Positions 24,441 through 36,965 of a stretch of 62,877 nucleotides of DNA are shown here, one piece after another. A program made the position numbers and the translations under genes. Below the pieces are notes generated by a model, which worked only from the letters and a program-made list of their open reading frames with translations, did no database searches and had not been told where the DNA came from. How positions within the stretch are numbered: the stretch's first letter is position 1; every line of letters begins with the position of its first letter. This DNA comes from Chiloscyllium plagiosum (lineage: Eukaryota), in the NCBI RefSeq assembly GCF_004010195.1, contig NC_057718.1, forward strand, positions 29,942,278 through 30,005,154, given 5' to 3'.

Positions 24441-27400
24441 TGACTTTTGTATTTACAGTTTGTATCACATTATGTACTGCCCAAGAATAAACCCTATCAA
24501 TATTTTGTATGCTTACCTACAATAGACAAAAAGACTGATTCTTGTAATAATCTTGAGCCATATTTACATTATTATGTGACTAGTAGACATGTAATTACTG
24601 CAGGTTTTAAAGTCTGAATGGAACTTAAAAATTTGCATTTCAAAGGGGATTTTGAATTCTATTAGACTTTGGGACTCTGTATTCTGAGGTCAGACAGACT
24701 GGAAAAACATTATTTTCAAAAATGGAGTTAAGTTTATTGTATTAACTGTTTCCATAGTGCAGTCTCAATTTTGTTTGATTCCCACAGTCTTTTTAACAGT
24801 ATTCTCAAATAATGTAATTGATAAAACTTTATCCGCTTCAAAACTGTATGTAAATATTGGTTGATCTGCCATTTAAAATATTTTCTCCTTTAGAATTGAA
24901 GATCCAGTTGCCATTCAAATTGTCTATGTGTTGACTATGTAATTTGTGTTTATATTGAGCACTTGTTACTTCTTTAAAAACACTTACACTTTGACACTCA
25001 CTTTAAATCATTATCTTCTGACCTGAGCTGTGTAATTTTTGGAATATTATTCCCATTTACTCAAAAGTGAAAATGATGAGTAATTTGCTGTTGTTTGGTA
25101 AATAAAGTATATGACTTCACATTTGTTACAGATCATATTAATCAAATTATCATGTTAAATAACATTGCTTGAAACAGAAACATAAAATGTTTCAAATACA
25201 TTGTAGAGCAGCCAACATCTCTAGAGCTATCTGAATGATATTTTGGAGTTTTGCCACTGTAGTCTTAAAGTAAACACAAGTTTATCTATCTCCTGAACAA
25301 AGCTGCAACTTTGAAAATTGTTTGCAACATTTTCATGGGTCACAGTTACAAGATGAATGGAGAAGATGTTACAAGCATTCAATTTTATTTATGTAATATT
25401 TATCCAATTTATTATACACTTTTAACAATTACTCTGTAGCTTATATCAGAATATATCAATCATTATAATTCATTATATTAATTGTGATCAAATCATGTGG
25501 CGTTTTCTGACATTTGATCAATCTCATTCTTTGCTATTATGTGTTCATTTTTGAAGGCAAATGCTAATACAAATTTGCTTCTGTAAAATTGAATTCTGAA
25601 TACTGACAAGATTTTGGTGTCTTACTGTTTCTCAAACTATAAATGTGCACTGTTCTGCAGTTTTAGAAAATATATTTGCTGGTTATCAAATTATAACCAG
25701 AGCTATATGCTAACTGTATTCACAGTCTGTCTTGTAGAACTGCTTGGATTTGAATTTACTGTAATCTTGTGAATGTCTCCTTGAGCTAAGAAGATGGATT
25801 GACAGATTTCCACTGTAAATACTTCCTTAAAAATGAAAGGAAGAATTAGAAGATGAATGTTTTGGTGGTTTGCTTTCAGCAAATACTTTTCTACACTTTC
25901 TGCTATTAATTGTTGTTTTAAAGTTCTGGATTATTATTCTTGCCAAGAAAACATGTTGTTCGGTTATGGCTGCAGCTCATTCTTCCTAAAGAAAAATGTG
26001 CGTATCTGCATTCAGGTGAAAAGGTTGTTTTTGTTCATGAGACTAAGATTAGTTGAGATGTTAAATGTCTTCTATTATTGTTTTAATTTTCTCTGTGCAG
26101 TAACTGAATTTATCTTCGAGCAGTGATGGCTTCAAAGGTATTAGTGAAGTTCTGTGGGATATAGAAGTAAAATAATTCCTGGATTAAATGATTATAGATG
26201 CATTTAGAATTGCATTTTGGAATATCTACTAACTAGCTGTTACCTAATTTTTCAGGAACAAATGCAACTGATTGTGCAACATTGGAGACTTTTAAATATT
26301 CACATTGGTCTGTGTGCAACTTTTCTACATTCTGTATAATTTAAAATATTCAGTTCTGCATTTCTTGTCATGAAGATATCAACTGTTGGAGAATCAGAGT
26401 AATATTTTCCAGCTTTGAAAGAGCAGTTTCTAGCATCATGGGCTTTGAAACGGGACAAAGTATTAAATGCATGAAGGGTACAAAGTACCAACCTATGCAT
26501 GCCAATGAATGGTGGGTTCTGGAAGCAGTGCTTTACTTTCAAAGTATTCTTGTCTGTATTGAAATGGTAAGTACAGCTTGATTCGTCTTTACAAACTAAA
26601 AATCGAAAAAGGCAAGGTAGCTTGTTCTGATCTGTTAAAGTTTCTTTCCAATAATCAACCAACATTAGACGGAGATCATTCATAATATATTCACAGTATA
26701 TTGGTGTGCTGCTGTGGCCACATTTATTGCCTATCCTTGTTGCCTGTGCAGGTAGTGATGGGCCTTTCCTTTGAACCCTTTTGTCCTTTTTATGTGATTC
26801 CGTAAGATGACAACTTTCAGGAAATTGAAATTAAATATTTAAGTCGGTGTGAGAAACTTGAAAGTGATGCAATTCCAATGTTATTTCTGCTTCTGTCCGA
26901 AGTGGTAAAGATTGTAATGAGAAAGATGCCATCGAAGTAACTTGTTCCAACGCTGCATTTGTAGGTTAGCTACATTGCACCATAGTGCACCTGGTGTCAA
27001 TGGCACTGATCAAGAAAACTGCTTTATCCTAGATTGTATTTAGCTGCTTGAGTGCTACCATGGCTAAATAGTTCGAAATGAAATGGTTTGGGAGGGCTGG
27101 GGTGAGAGGAAGAGATCAGGGATCCCTCCCTTGAATGCTATTTTTGATAAAACTTACCAAAGTTACCTTTTGGTTAGTGGTGACCCTATGATGTTCCTAG
27201 TGTGTACTTAGCAATAACAGTGACATAGAATGATATGGGAGGATAGATTGTTCTACCGTTTGAGGTATTTTGGCATCTATGATGCCAATCAAATCTGTAT
27301 ATTATCTGGGCTCTGATGTATATACTGGCATGGTGTGGCATTGTCAGATAAGTCAAAAATAGAGTTGAAAACTCTGGAATCATCTGAAGCAGCCAGATTT

Positions 27401-27524
27401 CAACTTTCCACTGAAAGGTAGGTTATCCATGAAGCAGGTAAATTGTTGGACATCTTCCCAACGGTTCTGAGAACAATAACTGTCTTCCTTTCTAGAACGT
27501 CAGCTATGGAGATTTTCCAACCAC

Positions 27525-27824
27525 GGGCGGCACGATGGCACAGTGGTTAGCACTGTTGCCTCACAGTGCTAGAGACCCGGGTTCAATTCCCGCCTCAGTC
27601 AACTGTGTGGAGTTTGCACATTCTCCCTGTGTCTGCGTGGGTTTCCTCCCACAGTCCAAAAATGTGTAGGTTAGGTGAATTGGCCATGTTAAGTTGCCCG
27701 TAGTGTTAGGTGAAGAGGTGAAATGTAGGGGAATGGGTCTGGGTGGGTTGCGCTTCGATGGGTCGGTGTGGACTTGTTGGGCCAAAGGGCCTGTTTCCAC
27801 ACTGTAAGTAATCTAATCTAATCT
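27525..27824 (+). mobile_element. HE1-type SINE (tRNA head, V-domain, CR1-like tail)
   Basis: A box tggcacagtgg, B box ggttcaattcc, core tgtggagtttgcacattctccc, tail gggcctgtttccacactgta followed by (aatct)n. Confidence 0.9.
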
Positions 27825-30800
27825 CTCACTCACCCAGACCCTGACCTCATTTTATGATCATACAGTTTGAAGACATCTTGATATCAGAACAAAGTTTCTC
27901 TGACCTACTTTAGCATTGCATTTATGTCCAGAACAAAGTTATGATGAAATCTCATATCTATATGATTTTTATCCATAAAAGAGTAGTATTGGTGGAACAT
28001 GATTTTTTTTCTTGCAGTTGTTGTTTGAGGACACTTGACAACTTTTTTTTATTGCTTCATTTGATGGGAAGAGGTTATAATGCTAAATTTACAATAAGTA
28101 GGACAAACCTGTGAAATGTTAACAGTGCCAATCAGAATCTTAATTTTTGCAGTTTGGTTAATTACATCATTTGTCTACTACCATTATCAAATGGATATGG
28201 AGAACCATATGTGATCCATTAATTGTGGATCTGCTTAACTTTGGTTTTAGACAAAGACATACTTCTTGCTTGATTGTCTCTGTCTCTGGGACGGCTCTCC
28301 CCACTAGCACCAGGGGTAGATTGTCTTTGTTCAATCCTGTAATGATGCCTAAAAGATTTGTCCTAGCTTTCACACTGCTGAAATTAGTATTTCCTTTACT
28401 GATTTGTTTTTAGGATGTGAGTGACACCTGACGCCACTGCTTGATTTGCATTGACCTGTGAGGTCACTTTGCATGGTTCAATTTGATACATGTGTTCTTA
28501 AAAAAAGTCTTGCACTTATAGTTCACTTTACATGACCACCAGATATCTCCAAACTTGAAAGTACTTTTTGAAATTAAAATGACTGGAGAGGCATTAAGTC
28601 CTAATCATGTAGAGATCACTGGCTGTCTCTCTTGATATATCAATCATTTAGGTTTGCATGACCACATGAGGAATCTCAAACCAATAAATCCCACAACAGA
28701 TCAAAAGTTGGCCAAATAACAACACTTCATTATTGTGCAGAATGACAAGTAAGTGGCAATTAATCCCTCCTTGAAGAACAGTTCTGTTAAATATTCCATT
28801 TTCAAGTTTCTTTCCAAGTGAATGCCATCCTTTTGCAGTTTTTCATCTATTTCTTGGTGTTACTTGCATCTCCCCATAAACTCATCCCTACCCCTGCCAT
28901 GGTTGCTGTGTTTGTTTTAATCTCTGCACATTTTTGAGACACAGGTTTTGGTGAACAGAAATTTTAAAATTTAATCTTCTACTTATCAATAGTAACTAAA
29001 ATCGTTTTTAGTTTTAAAACTAAACTACAAAATTGTTTTTTTTAACAATCTTGTTTATTAGTGTGCTTTAGGGAAACAAATCAACCATCCTAATCAGTCG
29101 AGCCTGTATGCTGTTACAGATCAACTATGTGGTTAACTATCCCATTAACTAAGCTTATTAACTATCCCATTAACATAGCACTCTCCTGTTGCTATCAAGC
29201 TAAAGGATTAGTATTGCAAAAAAGCATGTCACGAGGCAATCCTAAATTTGAGGTGCCAATCTAATGCAATGGCACGTTGAGTGCTTGCATGCTGAATTAT
29301 GGAATCAGCATCAGAGTTAAGCAATCCACTACCAATAGAACAGATCCAGTCATGAAGGATTGTTTGAGGGGAGTGGAGTGGAGGAGAGGAGAGGAGAGAA
29401 GTGTAATTAAGCAAGTGGTGGGAGGAAGAGACATTCCTGTCCTTGACCACAATGATAGCAGAACACTACACCAGAGTTCAAAAGATGAGACAGGTGCATT
29501 TACAACCATCTTCAGCCAGAAATATCAAGTGAATGAAAAGATATAGGAATAGGCTTTAAACCATTCTGACTACAGTGTTCATGCAAGGAAGAACTATGAT
29601 TCATGAAACTGGGGAGCTATAAAAGGATTGAAGAAAGTAGGTCTGTGTAGGGCAGAATGCTCTCAAACAACAAGATCAAAAGCAGAGTGAATTTTGATGT
29701 GCGTAGTGGTGAACTGAGGCTAGACAGCAACTGTGAGAGTTGTTGAACATCAGAACGGGGGGGGGGGGAGCGGGTTGTAAAGAATATGTTTGAAATTTGT
29801 TTTAAACAGTTGGTGTTACAACACAGGGAAGCAATTAACTATTCCGTTGTGTACAGTTGCTTCTTTGTTTCCCCTTTCTCTCTGTCTTAAATTTGGACTT
29901 GGTTTAAAGTAAGAGCTGGGAAATTAAAAACTTTAATTGGTTAAGTAGAGGGTATCACACAGAGCAGATGTAGATAAGTTAATTAAAATTACTGACTGAT
30001 GTAAGGTACTAAATACAAGTTATCCTGAAGATAATCTATTAATGTAAACCTTTTTGTAGGCAGTACTTCACAGCCATAGTTAATTCGTAGTAATGCAAAC
30101 CTACAGATGAAAATTACAATAGTTACATGTTATACTGTTTTGGATCTCTGAGGCATTTTTCAACCAAGGTTCAGCCAAACCATCTGACAAACAGTTGTGA
30201 AACGTACACTGACCTGTATTTATTTTGTTTCATCCTCCTTTCATCTCTGTCGCTCTGCAGGTAACCATAGTCCTTTGTGTTGAGCACCTGATTTCTTGTT
30301 TATAAATTGTGGTATGGAAGCTGGATCCTAAATATTGTACAGGTTAGTGAACTACTGGAGTATGTATTATGGTCATCCAAAACCAGGTTCAAAAATATGG
30401 AATAAACATGGATTCATAAACAGTGAAGAATTCAAGCAAAACTTGTTTGCCCAGAGTATGGTTGGAATGTGGAACGTGAAATCATAATGAAAGATTAAAG
30501 TGTATATTGTAGGTACATTTATGAAGAAGCTAGCTAAATACATGAGAGAGAAATTTGCTGATAGGTTTGGATAAACTACTGTAGGAGGAGGCTTGCATGG
30601 AGCATAAAACTTGAAATCAACATGCTTGTTCAGCTGGCCTGCATGTGTAAATAACATTGGTAAATATAAGGTCATTGCTTATTTGGAGTATTTAGCTGAC
30701 TACAGATGCTGATGTTTTCAGGTATAACATCATTAGTTGTATGTCAGTATTGAAAAATTGTGAAGTCAGCAATAGTATATGTTGCAAAATACTATTAATG

Positions 30801-33189
30801 ACTAATATATGCTGACTTTAAACCATACCTCATTTAAATCCAATTACATAGACATTCATACATAGGATGGACAAAACAGACATTGCAAACAAACTTTTCA
30901 CAAGCAACATTGTGAAAATATGGCCAAAAGAGACAATCTGTAGATCAAAGTTTGAAGACAAAGGGTGTGATGACATGACTTAGGATCCTTTTATGTTTTT
31001 AGTGATGATATTGTATTGTCAACTGGGACTATACCCAATTTACTAACTGATCAGTTGGCCTTGCATCTTGACTTAAGCAGATTTTTTTTTTTTGCTCCCC
31101 AAAATCACCATGTGTTATTTCTTCCAGTCAGCTAAGAATTGATTTTCACTTTTTGGCAGGCTTAAAGATCTGAGTCCTAGTGATTTCTCATGTCAATATG
31201 GCAAACTGCCATTTACAACCAATCCAAACTTTGTCCTTGGGCAGTTTTGTTTTCAAAAATACTCTATGTTGAATGTCCCACTATTGGGTCAAAGTCCAGT
31301 TTTCAGTAGCTACATGCTCTTGTGTAACCATTCAATGACCACTGTTTTTCCTGTTGAAATAAAAAAAAATCCAGACTTCTGTTTTCTGATTTAGATTTCC
31401 AATTAAAATGTGTAATTTTTAATGTCCTTTACCTTTGGAGAGAAGAAATTCCTTTTTTAAATGTTTCCTGACCAAATAAACATCAACTGCATGCAAATAA
31501 AGCATGCAAAATATGTTTGTTCGCCCTTGTTGATGCGTTATGCAGGATTTGTATTTCTTACCATCTTGTCAAACGTTCGACCAATTCCAGTATTTTTATA
31601 TTTTCCAGTGATGTGACTAATTCTACTCATAAGGTTGAATGAATAAGCTCCAACGAATCATGCAGTTTGAATTTTACATTTTTCAACAAAAGATAAGGGA
31701 TTATATTCATGTTTCTTAGTGGTTGTGACTGAAATAAACTTCAGAATCTTGTAAAAGCCAGTAATCCAGAGTCTGTTTCCACTTTAAATCACTTTTTCTA
31801 ATATGTATTTAATTTAAGTACCCTGCTAGCTTCTCTATTCCTGATTCATCATTTTGCAATAAGACTTCACCCCCAAATCGCTAGCATCATTCCATTTTAA
31901 AAGATTTAGTAAAGCCAGGACAGCCAATATTTGTATCTTTCATTAGAATGACCTTCAAATTCTCTAGTTCCAGTTGACCTTCATGTTGTAAAGAAAAACT
32001 AATAGTGCAAGCTTCCAATTTTTTTTTGTTTTTATATTTAGATGTGTAGTTCTTAGGGTATCAACTGGAAAAAGGTTTTATGCTGTGAGGATTAGTGGTA
32101 GATCAGGAGATTGGGAACATTCTTAAAAAGAAATAATTGTGAAAACAAATCTCACTTGGGTAACGACCTGGAAATATATCCTTACGCTTTCCAAAGTCAT
32201 CACAAATGTTCAAATTTTTCTATCAAATGTATACACAATTCAGCAAATAACTATGAACTGTCAACCTGTAACTCCGAGTTAAAACTGGTTAAAACTCCTA
32301 GTCCCTTTATACACATGGATACAAAGAAAAATTGATGCTTTAATGGAGGGAGAACGGAGATGGTGGTTCAATGATCCTTGTCCCCAGAGTTTGCTGAGTA
32401 TATATTCTGGCTCGCTCGGACTTCTTGCTTCTGGATCTCTGTTCTCCGAGTATTTTCTCTTGCTCTTCGAGACACAGAGTTTGGATCACCACTTCTAAAG
32501 TCTGACATTTAATGGTGAAAAATGAAAGAGTAACTGGTGAGGGAAAATGAATTGACTTTTTCATGTTTCAGGGATGTTTTTATACTGCAGGTAGAAGGAC
32601 ACCACTGTCCTTTTGTGGTCTGAAGTCTTCTAGATCTTAACCTTTCCTTATTTGAAAGGCAAGTGCCACCTTTGTTGCATTTCAGATGCAATTTGATTGG
32701 TCACACTACCAGTTTTGAAGCAAACACACACTTAATTTATACACTATAGTCAAAATACTACAACAGAAAGAAGAAATTGGGATCACAACTTGGCAAATTT
32801 CACAGAATAATAGATTATTTAACTACTAAACAGTAACTATTCCAATATACTAACATTCCATAAAGACGCACATGGCAAAGACAAATTCAATAAAATGGTC
32901 TCACATGGAATTCTAGCAGTAGGAAGAGAACACCCTAGCTTTTTAGCTTTGAGAGATGGAGAAAACACCTTTCACATTCAGCTTCAAGATTCCAGCAACT
33001 GCGGTAAGCTGAAACTGAAAATCCTATTTCTGTGGGAGCTTCAGGCTGCTCCTATTGTTCTGTCTCACAACCATTTTTTTGAAAAAAACTACAAAATACA
33101 CCTGAAGGCCATTGTTTCGTCACGACCCTAACAACATCTTCCTCTGAGTGGAAAATCTGGGGCAAGAGTAGAAAAGCAAAACATGCAAT

Positions 33190-34775
33190 TGAGAGATTGC
33201 AGATTTGTGGTATGGAAGTATGTAGGTGTTCTAACTTGAAACAAGTTAGGATAGAGCTACGGCAAGCATTTAAGAAGGCAAATGGAATATCATCCTCTAT
33301 TATAAAGGAAAGATTACTAAAACTAGGACATTGGTAAGGCAATTGTAAGTTGTGTGCGTTTTTGGTCTGATGTAACGAACATGATTGTATTAAGAAAAAT
33401 TCAGAGAAGGTTCCCTTGGTTTTTTTCTTTTCGGGATGAAGCATTTGCCTTGTTAGGAAAGGCTGACCAAATAGGGCCTATTCCTATCGGCGTTTAGGAG
33501 GAGTGAGAGAACTTTGTTTAAACAAATGGGATTCTGAGTGGGCTTGACAGGCTACATGCTAAGAGCTTTAACCCATGTGAATTCTGAGACATGGGTTTTT
33601 TTTGTTAAAATAACTTCTATTTAAGACTATGAAGAACTTCTTGAGCTTCATAGTTCTTTGCATTTCTATACTTGAGTGCTTGGAGGCTGAGCTTTTGAAT
33701 GGATTCACTATTTAAGTAGACGAGATTCTTGAACTACAGGCAAGTTAATGGTTATGCGCCAGTGAGATTGCTGAGTGTAGAGGAGGTGCAAACAGTTTGA
33801 GAGCAATTGGAGAAGAGCTGCAAAGGGGAGATAGGGAATGATGGACATGAAAGTGAAGAGGGAAGAAAAGTTTTAGATCTTTCAACTAAGGAATGCTCAC
33901 CTGACTGGGAACAAAAAAAAGATGAATTCCTCGCAAATTACATGGAATCTCTAAAACTGCAGATGTTGAGGAGCTATTATGTAGAGGAAAATGATGTGAA
34001 TCTGAATGCAATGAGCATGTTGTTATTTGTGTAATTTAGTATTGAACAGTTTCTTTTCATGATGATTTATGTTGATGGAACTGAGGTGGTGGAGGGTTGC
34101 TCTCAAATTGGAGACCTATCATCTGCAGTGTTCCACAGGAATCAGTTCTGGGTCCCCTTTTTGTCAATTAAATACATGATCTGGATGAGAATAAAGAAGG
34201 CATGGTAACTAAGTTTGCGAATGACACCAAAATTGTTGGTATTGTAGACAGTGAAGAAGGTTTTCTAAGATTACAAAGGGCTCTCGATCAAACAAAGATT
34301 AGAGTTCTGCACAGCAGGTCAGGCAGCATCCAAGGAGTGGGCATATCGATGTTTCGAGGAAAAGCCTTTCATCGGGAATGACTGAAAAATGGCAGATGGA
34401 ATTCAATCTGGATAAATGTGAGATATTACTTTTTGGTACAACAAATTGGCAGGACTTATACAATTAGAGGTAGGGCCTTGGGTCGTGTTATACAACAGAG
34501 GTACCTACGGGTTCTGATACATTAATTCTTTGAAGTTTGCTTTACGGGGATTAAAAGGCATTTAGGTCTTTTGAGTATAGGAGTTGAGAAGTCATGTTAC
34601 GGGTGTACAAGACATTGGTGAGGCCTTGTCTGGAGTACTGTGTCCAGTTCTGGTCATCCAGTTATAGGAAGGATATTAATAAGCTGGAGAGATTTCAGAA
34701 GACATTTGCAGATCTGAAAGGTTTGAGTTATAAAGAAAGGCTAAGACCTTTTTCAATGGAGCATAGGAGGTTCCA
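33190..34775 (+). mobile_element. Two old CR1 3' fragments (about 33190-33760 and 34010-34775); the second has a PLE-end insertion at about 34295-34380
   Basis: KFANDTK and LVRPCLEYCVQFWSSSYRKD motifs; the inserted piece has a degenerate minus-strand hammerhead. Confidence 0.7.
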
Positions 34776-34979
34776 GTCCATTGGAAGTGTACTCAAAATG
34801 GTGGCATTTTGCATATCGAAGCATGTCAGTTATTTTTCTAATAGTCCAGGAAATGTTTTCTTTCTGTGTTCTGACTTTCAGTTTAATGGAGTGGTGATGA
34901 CTATTAGGAATATCAATTCTGCTTTGGTGTGACTGCAACCCCACACCCCTCTAACAACACAAGACCGCCTTTGAGGAGT

Positions 34980-35549
34980 GAGTTTAAAAATGTGTTGCTG
35001 GAAAAGTGCAGCAGGTCAGGCAACATCAAAGGAGCAGGAAAATCGACGTTTCGGGCCCAAGCCCTCCTTCAGGAATGAGGAGGGTGTGCCAAGCAGGCTA
35101 AGATAAAAGGTAGGGAGGAGGGGTGTTGGGAATACTATAGGTGGAAGGAGGTAAAGATGAGGGTGATAGGCTGGAGAGGGAGTGGGGCGGAGAGGTCGGG
35201 AAGAAGATTGCAGGTCAAGAAGGCGGTGCTGAGTTTGAGGGTTGGGACTGAGAAAAGGCCAACCCTCAGACTCAGCACCGCCTTCTTGACCTGCAATCTT
35301 CTTCCCGACCTCTCCGGCCTATCACCCTCATCTTAACCTCCTTCCACCTATCGTATTTCCAACGCCCCTCCCCCAAGTCCCTCCTCTCTACCTTTTATCT
35401 TGGCCTGCTTGGCACACCCTCCTCATTCCTGAAGAAGGGCTTATGCCCGAAACGTCGATTCTCCTGCTCCTTTGATGCTGCCTGACCTACGCTTTTCCAG
35501 CAACACCTTTTTAAGCTCTGATCTCCAGAATCTGCAGTGCTCACTTTCC
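34980..35549. repeat. Large fold-back of two Neptune-PLE ends (arms about 260 bp, 13-nt loop)
   Basis: 34980-35245 is the reverse complement of 35259-35518 with small indels. Hammerhead motifs at 35041-35076 (-, core A>G) and 35429-35456 (+, intact). Confidence 0.9.
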
Positions 35550-36069
35550 TTTCAAATGCTTTTTTTGTCACTCACTCCTCAAAAGGAGAAAGTGTTACTA
35601 ATTATGGGGTCCTGTCCCTTATCTACTCGATGCGTGTTGATCTTTGCTCTTTTCAAACAAAGATCGTATTTTTAGAATGAAAACAGTGTTTTCTAGACAT
35701 TCAAAGATGTTATGTCCGCTCCCCTTAGGTTACCTCCAATTTCAGAATCTTCCATGATTATTAATGATACCACATTATAGTATCGTTGAACATGCCTGTG
35801 CAATCTGGCCTGGTAGATGATTTTCTTTAAGGTGGTGGTCATTCTTTGAAATATTGCTGTACAACATTGCAATGTTTGATAGAACAACGTAAGTTTATTA
35901 AAAGTCAACATAATATGGTGCTCTACCTGTAGAACACAGCTTAAAGATATTTAACACGGCAAAATATTTCTCGATTCAAACATTCAAGGTCGGGGACACT
36001 ACTCTCTATTCAATCCATTGTTGAGTTTAGCTGCTTGCCTGGACCTCCAATTTGTGAAATATTCTCTCT

Positions 36070-36466
36070 TCACGTCCGTCCTTTAAAATCTGCACCTGCA
36101 TCCAGAGTGAGCATCGCCCAGGCGGAAACGGTCGAAGATCATGCTGCCGTTGGCCAAGCTTCCCGCGTTTGACACCGAAGGTCAATCCGCTTTCCAGATT
36201 CTCTCTTCTCTCTCCCCCCCCCCCCCCCCCCGACAAAAAAATCCCAAAAGAGAAAGGGCAACTAAGGAATCAAAACATAAAGTCTGCATAGAAAATGAAA
36301 GTTCGAGCTGGTGTTTGATGTAAACCCTTGTCCGTGCGTAGTAACCGAAGTTCCAGTGACGGTCAGGGCGCGAGGCTGTTCGGTTGGTAGCGCGAGAGAA
36401 CTTAAAACGGTCGTTTGTTAAACCGAGGCATGAGCCGTGTTGTCCCGTCGAGTGAGTCGGTCGAAG
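36070..36466 (+). promoter_or_regulatory. CpG-rich promoter / 5' UTR of the SLC3 gene
   Basis: Sharp local rise in CpG dinucleotides, continuing through exon 1, in an otherwise CpG-poor window. Confidence 0.65.
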
Positions 36467-36965
36467 ATGGAGGAAGAAAACTTTACAGATATGAATACAT
36501 CGCCCGAGGACTCAAAAGAGAAATCTGTTGAGGCTAGGGACGCGAATAATATCGTTTTGAACATCATTCCTGAAAGCGAAGCCAGATTGGCGACCATTAC
36601 CACGGAAGCACCCAAACCCAGACCTTTCACTTCACCGAAACCTGTGGCGATGCGCTCTCAACGGCATTTCTTTAACATATTTCGATGGCCAGACAAAGAG
36701 GCGCGAGTGCAGACAAGTAGCTTGTTCACGCCACTGGAATTGCAGATGGCGGGCGGGCTGAAATGGACGTGGGTCAGGCGGTGTGTACTTGCTGCGTTTT
36801 GGTTAACTTGGATAAGTTTACTGGCATCGGCTCTCGTGATTATTGTGCGGACACCGGAGTGTAAACTTTTACCCAGACTCAGATGGTGGCAAAGAAAACC
36901 GATGTATCGTATTGCAATGCAGTCGTACTACGATACGAATGGGGATGGATTCGGAGATCTGCTTG
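36467..36965 (+). CDS. First coding exon of an SLC3-family heavy chain (4F2hc/SLC3A2-like TM region, GH13-like ectodomain start)
   Basis: Kozak AAGATGG. Peptide ..LELQMAGGLKWTWVRRCVLAAFWLTWISLLASALVIIVRTPEC..WWQRKPMYRI..SYYDTNGDGFGDLLG, with a single TM helix and the light-chain-linking Cys. Phase-1 donor G|gtataa at the position where SLC3 first coding exons end. Confidence 0.9.

Noticed and set aside
27525..27600. tRNA gene
   Set aside because: The A and B boxes belong to the tRNA-derived head of an HE1 SINE and continue into the V-domain and tail.
36437..36466. ORF-track start of the SLC3 ORF
   Set aside because: It is a TTG start; the ATG at 36467 has a strong Kozak context. The ORF tail after 36965 (INIVIR*) is intron read-through.
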